50,279 nucleotides of DNA from an uncultured bacterium (GCA_905215665.1 CAJMQR010000001.1:1-50279), one strand, 5' to 3'. Positions 9,416 through 18,274 are shown, numbered from the stretch's first letter. Notes: generated by a model not told the origin, from the sequence alone. Made by a program: numbers and translations.

Positions 9416-10861
9416 ATGAAGCTTCTCTTAGTCGGTCACGACGACCGCTACGCGATCGAGCAGTTGCAGCTCGCGCTGTTTCCCGACGAGACGATGGAGC
9501 CGGCCGGAGAGGCCTTTTCCGGCGACGGCGCCGTTTCCGCGCTGCACGCCGGAAAGCGCTGGCTCACCGCCACGGCCCGCATCACCCTGCACGGCGTCAC
9601 GGCACGAGCCAGCCGCCGCATGAAGCTGGAGGAGGCGGACGTCCCCTCCCGCCGCCGTCTGCTGCAGAACGCCTATTACGCCGCCGCCACGCGCCTGCGC
9701 ACGCCCCCGGAGTGGGGCAGCCTGTCCGGCGTCCGGCCGACAAAGCTCACCACGCGGCATCTGCTGGCCGGCGGCACGGAGCAGTCGGCCGACCGGCTGA
9801 TGAAAGAGACCTATCATGTCGCGCCCGCCCGCAGGCGGCTCTGCGTCGAAAGCTCCCTTGCCTCGCTGCGGGCCGCGGAGCGTCTGCGTCCCGGCGACGT
9901 CTCCCTCTATATCGGGATCCCCTTCTGCCCCACCCGCTGCGCCTACTGCAGCTTCGTCAGCCAGACGATCGGGCGGCAGGGCGCGCTGCTGGAGCCTTAT
10001 CTTCAGGCGCTGGAACGGGAGATTGAGCACACCGGCAGGCTCCTGCGCGGCTCCGGCAGAACCGTGCGCACGCTCTACATCGGCGGCGGCACGCCCACCA
10101 CGCTGTCCGCCGGACAAATTGCCCGCCTGATGCAGGCGATTCAGGCACATTTTGACCTGTCCGACCTCATAGAATATACGGTGGAGGGCGGCCGTCCCGA
10201 CACGCTGGAGCCGGAGAAGCTCTCCGTTCTGCGCAGTCTCGGCTGCGGCCGCATCAGCATCAACCCTCAGACGATGAACGACGCCGTTCTCCGCTGCGTC
10301 GGCCGCTGCCATACCGGCGCGCAGACGGTTCTGGCCTTCCGGCAGGCGCGGGAAGCGGGCTTTGAGGCCATCAACATGGATCTGATTGCCGGGCTTCCCA
10401 CGGACTGTCCGGAGAGCTTCGCCGCCTCTCTGGGACAGGTTCTCGCGCTGGAGCCGGAGAACGTCACCGTCCACACGCTCGCGCTCAAGAAGGGCGCGGA
10501 TCTCTATTTTTCCCGCATGGGGCTTCCCGATGCCGGAGCCGTCCGGGAAATGCTCGACGGCGCCGAACGCGCCCTGCGCGAAAAGGGCTATCGTCCCTAC
10601 TATCTCTACCGGCAGAAATACATGTCCGGCAGCTTTGAAAACGTCGGCTGGAGCAGACCCGGCTTCGACTGCCTTTACAACATTTATATGATGGAGGAGC
10701 TGCACAGCGTCATCTCTCTGGGCGGAGGCGGCATGACCAAGATCAATCTGCCGGACGGACGGCTGGAGCGCTTCCACAATCCGAAATTCCCCCAGCAGTA
10801 CATCCAGCGTATAGAAGACGTGCTGAAGCAGAAAGACGCGGCCTTTGCCCTGCTGAAATGA
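9416..10861 (+). CDS. hemZ: Radical SAM protein HemZ
   Basis: CPTRCAYC motif, GVRPTK, YIGGGTPT, PYYLYRQK; usual dtd-MBL-hemZ synteny. Confidence 0.9.
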   Translation: MKLLLVGHDDRYAIEQLQLALFPDETMEPAGEAFSGDGAVSALHAGKRWLTATARITLHGVTARASRRMKLEEADVPSRRRLLQNAYYAAATRLRTPPEWGSLSGVRPTKLTTRHLLAGGTEQSADRLMKETYHVAPARRRLCVESSLASLRAAERLRPGDVSLYIGIPFCPTRCAYCSFVSQTIGRQGALLEPYLQALEREIEHTGRLLRGSGRTVRTLYIGGGTPTTLSAGQIARLMQAIQAHFDLSDLIEYTVEGGRPDTLEPEKLSVLRSLGCGRISINPQTMNDAVLRCVGRCHTGAQTVLAFRQAREAGFEAINMDLIAGLPTDCPESFAASLGQVLALEPENVTVHTLALKKGADLYFSRMGLPDAGAVREMLDGAERALREKGYRPYYLYRQKYMSGSFENVGWSRPGFDCLYNIYMMEELHSVISLGGGGMTKINLPDGRLERFHNPKFPQQYIQRIEDVLKQKDAAFALLK

Positions 10862-10872
10862 AAGGATACTTT

Positions 10873-12186
10873 ATGGATACTCTGTTTGCCAATGTCACCG
10901 TCGTCACCATGGACGAGGATCTGCGCGTGCTGTTTTCCGCCTTTGTGGGCGTGACGGAGGGAAAAATCAGCTATCTTTCCCGCAAGGCGCCGGAAGAGAA
11001 GCCGAAAAAGATCGTCAACGGAGAGGGCATGGTGCTCATGCCCGGCCTGATCAACTGCCACACCCATCTGGCGATGTCCCCCCTGCGCGGCTATGCCGAC
11101 GACTGTGAGCTGTCCGTCTGGCTGAACGATCACATCTTCCCGCGCGAGGAGCGCATGGACGGCCGCTGTGTCAAGGCGGCAACGCTGCTGTCCATCGCCG
11201 AGTGCCTCCGCTTCGGCACCACCTCCGTCTCGGACATGTACGACCACTGCGACGAGATCGCGCAGGCCGTCGCCGAATCCGGCATCAAGGCCAATCTCTC
11301 CCGCGGCACCACCCTCTTTGGGGAGGAATTCGACGTTGAAAAGCACTCCGGCTGCCGCGAAATGATGGAGCTGAAGGAAAAATGGGACGGCTTTGACAAC
11401 GGCCGCATCCGGGTGGACGCTTCCATCCACGCCGAGTACACCTCGGATCACCGGCTCTGGGACGCCGTCAGTGAATACGCCATCAACGAGCATCTGGGGA
11501 TGCACGTCCATCTTTCCGAAACGCAGGCGGAGCATGAGGCCTGCAAGGAAAAATACGGCCTGACGCCCGCGCAGCTTCTTGACTGCCATCATGTCTTTGA
11601 CGTCCGCGCCGCCGCCGCACACTGCGTCTGGCTGGAGCCGGAGGATATGCGGCTGCTGGCAAAGCGCAAGGTTTCCGCCGTCCACTGTCCGGTGTCCAAC
11701 CTGAAGCTGGCCTCCGGCTGCGCGAAGGTGCAGGACATGATCAAGGCCGGCATGAATGTGGCGCTCGGCACGGACTCCAACGCCTCCAACAACAATCTCG
11801 ATCTCTTCGAGGAGATCAAGGCCGCCACGTTGATGGCAAAGGGCGTCTGCGAAGACGCAAAGGCGCTGCCTGCGCAGGCCGCCGTGATGATGGCCACCGT
11901 CTGCGGCGCGAGGGCGCAGGGCCGTGAGGCCGAGTGCGGCATGATCAGGGTCGGCATGGACGCAGACCTGATCCTGCTGGACTTCACCGCGCCGCATCTG
12001 ATGCCCTGCCATAATGTGATGTCCCACCTTGCCTATGCCGTCAGCGGTCATGACGTCGTGATGACCATGGTGCGCGGGCAGATCCTCTATGCCGCCGGGA
12101 AATATCCCACCATCGATTTGGAAAGCGTGGTCCATGAGCTGGCAGCTTATGTCATGCCCCATATATTTTCTCCGGAAAAGGACTGA
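10873..12186 (+). CDS. mtaD: Amidohydrolase, 5-methylthioadenosine/S-adenosylhomocysteine deaminase-like
   Basis: NCHTH, HVHLSET, SNLKLASG, LGTD motifs; ATG 10873 behind AAAGGA (alternative 10858). Confidence 0.75.
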   Translation: MDTLFANVTVVTMDEDLRVLFSAFVGVTEGKISYLSRKAPEEKPKKIVNGEGMVLMPGLINCHTHLAMSPLRGYADDCELSVWLNDHIFPREERMDGRCVKAATLLSIAECLRFGTTSVSDMYDHCDEIAQAVAESGIKANLSRGTTLFGEEFDVEKHSGCREMMELKEKWDGFDNGRIRVDASIHAEYTSDHRLWDAVSEYAINEHLGMHVHLSETQAEHEACKEKYGLTPAQLLDCHHVFDVRAAAAHCVWLEPEDMRLLAKRKVSAVHCPVSNLKLASGCAKVQDMIKAGMNVALGTDSNASNNNLDLFEEIKAATLMAKGVCEDAKALPAQAAVMMATVCGARAQGREAECGMIRVGMDADLILLDFTAPHLMPCHNVMSHLAYAVSGHDVVMTMVRGQILYAAGKYPTIDLESVVHELAAYVMPHIFSPEKD

Positions 12187-12193
12187 TCGACCT

Positions 12194-13867
12194 TTGGAAA
12201 ACAGGAATAAAAAGCAGAATTATCTTGCCGGCGCCGCCATCCTCTCCGTTTCGACCATTCTAGTCAAGATTATCGGCATGCTCTACAAGATCCCGCTCAA
12301 GCGGCTGATCGGGGACGCCAACTTCGGCTACTTCAACACCGCCTACGAGATCTATACGGTCATGCTGGTCATTTCCATCACTGGCCTGCCCGTGGCGATG
12401 AGCCGGCTGGTTTCCGAGGCCAGGGCGCTGGGCAACGGCCGGCAGGTCAAGCGCATCTATCAGACCGCGCTGCTGGCCTATCTTGTCATCGGCCTGCTCG
12501 GCAGCGGCGTCATGATGCTCTTCCCGCGCTGGCTCGCCACGGACGTCATGCACAACCCCGGCTCCTACTATTCCATCCTTGCGCTCGGCCCTGCGGTGCT
12601 GTGCATCTGCATCGCCTCGGCCTGCCGCGGCTTTTTCCAGGGGCAGGGCAATATGGTGCCCACGGCGGTCAGTCAGGTCATTGAGGCGCTGTGCAAGCTG
12701 GTGCTCGGCCTGAGCCTCGCATGGCTGGTTCTCCGGCGCACCGGGGACGGGCCGCTCACCTCCGGCGCCACGATTCTGGGCATCACCGTCGGCTCCGTTC
12801 TCTCGGCGGTCTATCTCGTGGTCTCCCGCCGCCGCGCCTCCCGCAGCCTCGACGCGCTGGGCGGCAAGGCGCGGCCCATGGGCGAGACGATGAAATCCCT
12901 TTTGTCCATCGCCGTGCCCATCACCATCGGCGCGGCGGGCCTGCAGATCATCAACCTGATCGACTCCTCCACCATCATGTCCCGGATGCTCAGCGCGGCG
13001 GAACAGGTGCAGGCAGGCTCGGAAAGCGTCATGGGCCGGCTGCTCTCCATTGCGGCGCAGAAAAATCCGGAGGATCTGAACCAGTACGCCGCGGACATCG
13101 CCAAGGGCGTGTACAATTTCTGCCAGACCATTTTCAACTTCCCGCTGGCCTTCATCCCGAACATCACCGCCTCCATCATCCCGGCCATTACCAATCATCT
13201 GACCCTGAAAAACATGCGCGGCGTGCGCATGGTGCAGGATTCCTCCCTGCGGCTCATGGGCCTGATCGCCCTGCCCTGCACCGTGGGCATGTTCGTGCTG
13301 GCCAAGCCGATCATCCAGCTCCTCGGCGGCTATTCTGGCGACCTTCTGAGCATCGCGGCCATGATCCTCGCGCTGCTCAGCTTCACAATCCTGATCACAA
13401 GCATCTCCAACATGGCCAGCGCGATCATGCAGGCGCACGGCTTCGTTTTCCTGCCCGTCATCAACACCATCATCGGCGGTATCCTGAAGGTCATTATGAA
13501 CTACATCCTTGTGGGCAATCCCAGCATCGCCATCATCGGCGCGCCCATCAGCACCTTCCTGTGCTTCTTTGTGGTCATGGCGCTGAACCTGTTCGCCATG
13601 CGCCGCGTCCTCAGAAAAGCTCCAAAGGTGCTGCCGAACATCTGGCGCAGCGGCCTGGCCGCGCTGGTGATGGGCGGCGTGACCTATCTGGTCTATCGCT
13701 TGGCGGGTATGTTCGTCTCCAGCGTGGTCATCTCCTGCGGCTTCGCCATTCTCGTCGCCGTCGTGGTCTACTGCATCCTGATCGTCGCCTTCAAGGCAAT
13801 CACCTATGACGACTGCATGTTCCTGCCAAAAGGCGAGAAAATTGCAAAAATTCTGCGAATCAGGTGA
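12194..13867 (+). CDS. MOP-family flippase / polysaccharide biosynthesis protein (YabM/SpoVB-like)
   Basis: Many TM segments; KIIGMLYKIPL, GLPVAMS, RGFFQG, SQVIE motifs; TTG start; precedes hup-yabO. Confidence 0.85.
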   Translation: MENRNKKQNYLAGAAILSVSTILVKIIGMLYKIPLKRLIGDANFGYFNTAYEIYTVMLVISITGLPVAMSRLVSEARALGNGRQVKRIYQTALLAYLVIGLLGSGVMMLFPRWLATDVMHNPGSYYSILALGPAVLCICIASACRGFFQGQGNMVPTAVSQVIEALCKLVLGLSLAWLVLRRTGDGPLTSGATILGITVGSVLSAVYLVVSRRRASRSLDALGGKARPMGETMKSLLSIAVPITIGAAGLQIINLIDSSTIMSRMLSAAEQVQAGSESVMGRLLSIAAQKNPEDLNQYAADIAKGVYNFCQTIFNFPLAFIPNITASIIPAITNHLTLKNMRGVRMVQDSSLRLMGLIALPCTVGMFVLAKPIIQLLGGYSGDLLSIAAMILALLSFTILITSISNMASAIMQAHGFVFLPVINTIIGGILKVIMNYILVGNPSIAIIGAPISTFLCFFVVMALNLFAMRRVLRKAPKVLPNIWRSGLAALVMGGVTYLVYRLAGMFVSSVVISCGFAILVAVVVYCILIVAFKAITYDDCMFLPKGEKIAKILRIR

Positions 13868-13885
13868 TTTTTTCCAGATTTTTAC

Positions 13886-13914
13886 TTGCGTATTTCTTCG
13901 TCGTGTGGTAAATT
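13886..13914 (+). promoter_or_regulatory. sigma-A promoter candidate for hup
   Basis: TTGCGT-N17-TAAATT with TG extension. Confidence 0.45.
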
Positions 13915-14014
13915 TTATAGGCAGAGCATCCCGTGCGGAATTTGCGCTGCGGCGTACGGCGCCCGATGATCTAAAACATCAACGAAAGAAACACAATTTG
14001 AAAGAGGTTTTATT

Positions 14015-14290
14015 ATGAACAAAGTTGAATTGATCGCTCAGATCGCTGAAAAATCCGGCCTGTCCAAAAAGGATGCCGAAAAGGCTCTGGCCGCTGTGAT
14101 TGACACGATTACCGAGGCCGTCTCCAATGGTGATAAGGTGCAGCTCGTAGGCTTTGGCTCCTTTGAGGTCAAGCAACGCGAGGCGCGCGTTGGCCGCAAC
14201 CCCAAGACCAAAGAAGCCATCGAGATTCCGGCGACCCGCGTTCCCGTCTTCAAGGCAGGCCGCGCGCTGAAGGACTCCGTGGCGAAATAA
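14015..14290 (+). CDS. hup: DNA-binding protein HU
   Basis: MNKVELI, VQLVGFGSF, GRNPKT, PVFKAG. Confidence 0.97.
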   Translation: MNKVELIAQIAEKSGLSKKDAEKALAAVIDTITEAVSNGDKVQLVGFGSFEVKQREARVGRNPKTKEAIEIPATRVPVFKAGRALKDSVAK

Positions 14291-14306
14291 GCGTTTGCTT
14301 TTGCAC

Positions 14307-14330
14307 CGGTCAGGGCCGCGGCCCTGACCG
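14307..14330. other. Perfect 24-bp palindrome between hup and yabO (mRNA-stabilising/partial terminator hairpin)
   Basis: CGGTCAGGGCCGCGGCCCTGACCG equals its own reverse complement. Confidence 0.55.
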
Positions 14331-14353
14331 AGCCGTTTTTTAAGGAGAATACG

Positions 14354-14599
14354 ATGCGATTAGATAAATTTCTGAAGGTTTCGCGGCTCATCAAGCGCCG
14401 CACCGTCGCCAACGACGCCTGTGACAACGCCCGCGTCACGGTCAACGGACGCCCTGCGAAAGCCTCATACGATGTCAAGGTGGGAGACGTGCTGTGCATC
14501 GCCTTCGGTCAGCGGACGCTGACGGTGGAGGTTCTCGCCGTTGCCGACGCCGTGCGCAAGGACGACGCTGCCGCCATGTACCGGGAGATCGCAGGCTGA
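14354..14599 (+). CDS. yabO: S4-domain RNA-binding protein YabO/RqcP
   Basis: MRLDKFLKVSRLIKRRTVA signature, VKVGD. Confidence 0.92.
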   Translation: MRLDKFLKVSRLIKRRTVANDACDNARVTVNGRPAKASYDVKVGDVLCIAFGQRTLTVEVLAVADAVRKDDAAAMYREIAG

Positions 14600-14715
14600 T
14601 ACGGATCACCGATGAACAGGATAGGAAGGCATTTCAAAAACGTGTCTCAAACACTCACTGATGCGCTTTGCGCGAATGAGAATAGGGCTGTCCTTTTTCA
14701 CTGCGTGATCGGTAT
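14599..14715. repeat. ERIC-like/MITE-like palindromic intergenic element, copy B
   Basis: ATACGGATCAC (from the last base of the yabO TGA) and GTGATCGGTAT form an 11-bp terminal inverted repeat with 1 mismatch; inner stem 14613-14624/14688-14700. Confidence 0.55.
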
Positions 14716-14807
14716 GTGTCCGCTTCTGCGGGACACCCCCCCGGAGATGAAAAGCGCCTGCTTTCCGGCCGGTTCAAAAAAAGTCGGAAGCAGGCGAAAG
14801 AATTTTC

Positions 14808-14836
14808 TTGACAAGCGGAGACCATTGTGCTATTCT
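14808..14836 (+). promoter_or_regulatory. sigma-A promoter of tRNA-Met
   Basis: TTGACA-N17-TATTCT with TG extension and an A-rich upstream segment. Confidence 0.7.
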
Positions 14837-14868
14837 ATATAAGCACTTAGATGATGAGTGTTGCATAT

Positions 14869-14944
<76 letters not shown>

Positions 14945-14974
14945 ACAAGTAGCACCGAAAAAGATATCGGTGCC

Positions 14975-15010
14975 AAAAACCCAAGAGCCGCAACGGTTCT
15001 TGGGTTTTTT
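14975..15010. terminator. Bidirectional terminator after the tRNA
   Basis: AAAAACCCAAGAGCCG-caa-CGGTTCTTGGGTTTTT. Confidence 0.75.
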
Positions 15011-15065
15011 CGTGCCTTTTTTCAAGGTGGAATTCAAAAGATATCATTTCCTAAAAACGGCCTTT

Positions 15066-15088
15066 GGGGAGGACTTGAACTACCGACC
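15066..15088 (-). repeat. Inverted degenerate copy of the tRNA T-arm region
   Basis: Minus strand GGTCGGTAGTTCAAGTCCTCCCC versus tRNA 14913-14936 GGTCGTTGGTTCAAGTCCTTCCCC (21 of 24 aligned positions). Confidence 0.6.
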
Positions 15089-15097
15089 CAGGCTTTC

Positions 15098-15142
15098 AGG
15101 GGCAGACTTTGCGGAGTTTTTCGCAAGGTCTGCCCCTTTTTT
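15098..15142 (+). terminator. Intrinsic terminator
   Basis: AGGGGCAGACTTTGCGGA/TTCGCAAGGTCTGCCCCT stem followed by a T tract. Confidence 0.65.
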
Positions 15143-15463
15143 CGTTTCCGGATTTGTTAAATGTTTGTGTCTTGGAGGTTGCGCATACTTTGCAATTGCG
15201 AAAAAGGATATGACAAAGAAATTTGGCAGACTGGTAGCAGCAAGCAGCAGACTTCAGAATGCAACCATATTGCACCGTGATTACGAGAGCACATTTCCTA
15301 TTCTTTTGATGACATTCATGGCGAATAGAGTGGCACCTGCCTTTCGGTTTTGTCTGAGCAACTCAACCTTAACACAGGCCATCCCTATTCGCTACTCTTT
15401 CTTCTGTTTGTCACACATCATTGTAGCACCTACACAGAGCGCCGCAGAATTTCTATTGAATCC

Positions 15464-15492
15464 TTTACAAAGATGAACGATCATGCTATACT
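15464..15492 (+). promoter_or_regulatory. sigma-A promoter of the orphan ncRNA
   Basis: TTTACA-N17-TATACT with TG extension. Confidence 0.7.
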
Positions 15493-15498
15493 TTGCAT

Positions 15499-15641
15499 AG
15501 AATAACTAGGTTCTTTGAGGTGGTAAATTTCGTTGCGACCACACGCCGATGGTATGACATGGGGGAACCCTTAGAGATGCGGGAGATGCGACGCCCGCCA
15601 AAGAACCAATCCTTCGGGACTATGGAAACATAGTCCCTTTT
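15499..15641 (+). ncRNA. Structured small ncRNA (multi-stem junction with predicted kissing loop); family unconfirmed, recalls skipping-rope/drum/DUF3800-type motifs
   Basis: Promoter upstream, closing stem GGTTCTTTG/CAAAGAACC, internal hairpins, complementary loops, terminator, no ORF. Confidence 0.7.
15616..15641 (+). terminator. Intrinsic terminator of the ncRNA
   Basis: GGGACTATG-GAAA-CATAGTCCC-TTTT. Confidence 0.8.
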
Positions 15642-15959
15642 CCTATATCAACAGGGCGCCTAGCTCGGCGCATTTCGGCAAAGCGTCATGATCTTGCACG
15701 AACGCTATGTCATTTTTTGCGAAAACGTCGTAGAAGCAAAGAGCAAGAAATGCACAGCTGGCCTGGCAAGGAAGTTTTTAACGCTCAGAATCGCGCGAGC
15801 ACGGCAAGACGGAAGTTCGTCGGATTTTGTTTGACATGCGAAGCGGAAACGGCGTTACAGGTGTAAATCGTATTAGTCTTCCCGGTGAGCATCGTCAGGT
15901 GATACTGCCCGCCGGGAACGAACAAAACAAAAAATACAATACGCCCTGCGGTAGCATAA

Positions 15960-16328
15960 TTACAGACTCCTCCTGCGTTCAATGTCCGTACTGAGACGGT
16001 ATCGCGCAGGCGTGACACCGTAATGCCGTTTGAATAACTGTACAAAATACGGCACGCAGGCAATGCCGCAGCTTTGTGCCGTTGCTTCCACCGTGCTACC
16101 ATCAGACAGGAGCATGCGGGATCTTTCCAGACGAAGCATGTTTACATACTGAATATAGCTGACACCTGTCAACTTCTTAAAGCGGTAGCAAAAATAGCCC
16201 TTTGCAAAGTGCGTCAGTTCTGTCGCATCCTGCAACGTGATTCGTCTGGTAAGGTTAGCCTCCGTCCAATCCAGAAGTTTCAAAAGCCATTCGTCCTGCT
16301 CTCCGACGCACAGTGCATCTCGGCGCAT
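15960..16328 (-). CDS. AraC-family DNA-binding domain-only protein
   Basis: YFCYRFKKLTGVS...LRLERSRMLL...YFVQLFKRHYGVTPARYR double HTH; ATG 2 nt after the upstream stop; no effector domain. Confidence 0.75.
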   Translation of the reverse strand: MRRDALCVGEQDEWLLKLLDWTEANLTRRITLQDATELTHFAKGYFCYRFKKLTGVSYIQYVNMLRLERSRMLLSDGSTVEATAQSCGIACVPYFVQLFKRHYGVTPARYRLSTDIERRRSL

Positions 16329-16330
16329 TA

Positions 16331-17359
16331 TCAGCAGTCCCACGGGTGCAGTACCACCTTGATAACATCCGAGCGGCTGGAGCGCAGCAGTTCAAGTGCG
16401 TCCTCAAAATGCGAGAGAGGATAAACTGCCGAAATAAGCTCTTTGATAGAGATCCTTCCCTGCGACACCATAGCGATCATCGGATCCCAGCACTTCTCAT
16501 TGCCGGTATAGCCGGTAATCTGAATCTGCCGCAGGATGCACTGAGTGACGGGAAACGGAATTATCTCATTTTCGTTTGGCAAGCCGTAGAGGATCACCTT
16601 TCCGCCGCTTTTGACGCACTCGATGGCTGTGCCTACTGTTTGTGCAGAGCCGATGGCGTCGATGCTGATGTCCGCGCCCATGCCGTCTGTTAGCGCCATG
16701 ATCTGCTTTTCCATGTCGCCGTTGCGAAGATCGACCGGATGACCGCCATATTTTTTCACGAGAGCCGCTTTCGTGTCGTTGCGGACTGTGCAAAGTACTC
16801 GTTTTGCTCCGAAAGCCAATGCAGATTGCAGAAAGGAAAGGCCAGCGATGCCCGCACCTTGGATCAAAACCGTATCGTTGGGCCGTACCTGCGTGCTGTG
16901 CAACGCGCCGAACGGGCAGGCCACTGCCTCCATAATTGCCCCCTCGTCGTAGGACACGTTATCCGGAATCAACCGGATACAGGTCTGCGGAACAGTCACA
17001 TATTGTGCATCTCCTCCGTTATGCGGAGGATAGCCAATCTCCCCCGCTGTGCAGAGATGCTTTCTTCCGCTACGGCAGAATTCGCACTTGCCGCATCCAA
17101 CGTAGGTCTCCACTACGACACGCTTATCCTTCAGTGAAGTATCGCACCCCTCGCCCAACTCCACAATATCGCCGCAGATCTCATGGCCAAGGATGTGCGG
17201 CGGTGTAGCAACCTTAAAGCCACCCTCGATCAATGCGACCTCCGTTGCGCAGATGCCCACCGCCATCACACGGATCTTGACCCAGCCGGGCATACAGACT
17301 GGCTCCGGTACTTCCGCATATTCTATACGGTTGATGCCTTTCCATATTATTGCTTTCAT
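16331..17359 (-). CDS. Zn-dependent medium-chain alcohol/polyol dehydrogenase
   Basis: GIC, GHE, CGKCEFCRSGRKHLC structural Zn site, GAGIAG Rossmann motif. Confidence 0.9.
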   Translation of the reverse strand: MKAIIWKGINRIEYAEVPEPVCMPGWVKIRVMAVGICATEVALIEGGFKVATPPHILGHEICGDIVELGEGCDTSLKDKRVVVETYVGCGKCEFCRSGRKHLCTAGEIGYPPHNGGDAQYVTVPQTCIRLIPDNVSYDEGAIMEAVACPFGALHSTQVRPNDTVLIQGAGIAGLSFLQSALAFGAKRVLCTVRNDTKAALVKKYGGHPVDLRNGDMEKQIMALTDGMGADISIDAIGSAQTVGTAIECVKSGGKVILYGLPNENEIIPFPVTQCILRQIQITGYTGNEKCWDPMIAMVSQGRISIKELISAVYPLSHFEDALELLRSSRSDVIKVVLHPWDC

Positions 17360-17398
17360 GTTCTACCTCCCCTTGAGCTCCCACCGTTGTATAGGGGC

Positions 17399-18274
17399 TC
17401 AAAGCGCCTTCAGCAGGTCGCAGAGTTTTTGATACAATGTTTCCTCCTGCGGGAACTGCTCCGTTACGCGCAGTCCGGTGGCCTTTGCCAACAGCTTATA
17501 GCCATCCGGGAAAGTCACCGCGTCGGCAATGCGGAGAATGGGCAGGATCCTGCGCTGACGCTCGATGGCCTCCGCCAGATTCCCCTGATCGAAAGCGTCA
17601 TAGATTGCCGCGATCTGCTTTGGCATACTCGCACCAAGCGCCGTCATGCTGCCCGCACAGCCGGCACACATTGCCGGCAGCAGGCAGTCATCCGTGCCAG
17701 TAAAAAGCAGAAACCCGGGACGCACGGATGCAGAAAGATCGCACAGATGGGCAATACGCTTCATGTTCGCGGAGGAATCTTTCATGCCAACGAAGTTATC
17801 GATCTCTAGCAGACGCACAAAAGTCGGGAGCTCGATACCGGTGGTAAAAAACGGAACATGGTATCCGATGACCGGCATTTTCTCGGCAGCAGCGCATATC
17901 TCGCGGTAAAAGTCTAGGACAGTCTCTTGGGAAAGCCCGTAGTAATATGGCGGACAGATCACGCAAGCGTCATAATTCAGCCGTTTAGCAGTCTCCACAC
18001 TGCGCAGAACACCGGAAACAGAGCTGTCACAAGCTCCAGCAAACAGAACCTTCTGACCATCGTTGGCCTCTGCCACAGCCTCCAGCACGCGAATCCGGTT
18101 GTCCGGATCCATCTTGATAAATTCGCCGGTGGAGGCACATGGCAGAATTCCATCCGCTGCTGAGCGTGTCAGTCTTTCTGTCTGTGCAAAAATCTCCTCG
18201 ATATCAGGCTCACAGTCGCGCACGAAAGGCGTGACCGTCACGCCTACCATACGGCAGAGCTTTCCTAATTCCAT
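17399..18274 (-). CDS. DHDPS/NAL-family class I aldolase (2-keto-3-deoxy sugar acid aldolase-like)
   Basis: STGEF, PPYY, GYHVP, GMKDSS Schiff-base Lys. Confidence 0.85.
   Translation of the reverse strand: MELGKLCRMVGVTVTPFVRDCEPDIEEIFAQTERLTRSAADGILPCASTGEFIKMDPDNRIRVLEAVAEANDGQKVLFAGACDSSVSGVLRSVETAKRLNYDACVICPPYYYGLSQETVLDFYREICAAAEKMPVIGYHVPFFTTGIELPTFVRLLEIDNFVGMKDSSANMKRIAHLCDLSASVRPGFLLFTGTDDCLLPAMCAGCAGSMTALGASMPKQIAAIYDAFDQGNLAEAIERQRRILPILRIADAVTFPDGYKLLAKATGLRVTEQFPQEETLYQKLCDLLKAL

Noticed and set aside
15321..15392. Twister or hammerhead ribozyme
   Set aside because: The minus strand has a UAA/GAAAG internal loop but lacks the twister P4 loop and pseudoknots; no CUGAnGA...GAAA core.
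14970..15476. 168-aa ORF after the tRNA
   Set aside because: Runs through two terminator hairpins, has no RBS and no recognisable domain.
15785..15950. Minus-strand fragment LFVPGGQYHLTMLTGKTN resembling a beta-helix enzyme N-terminus
   Set aside because: Too short and without a start; similarity could be coincidental.
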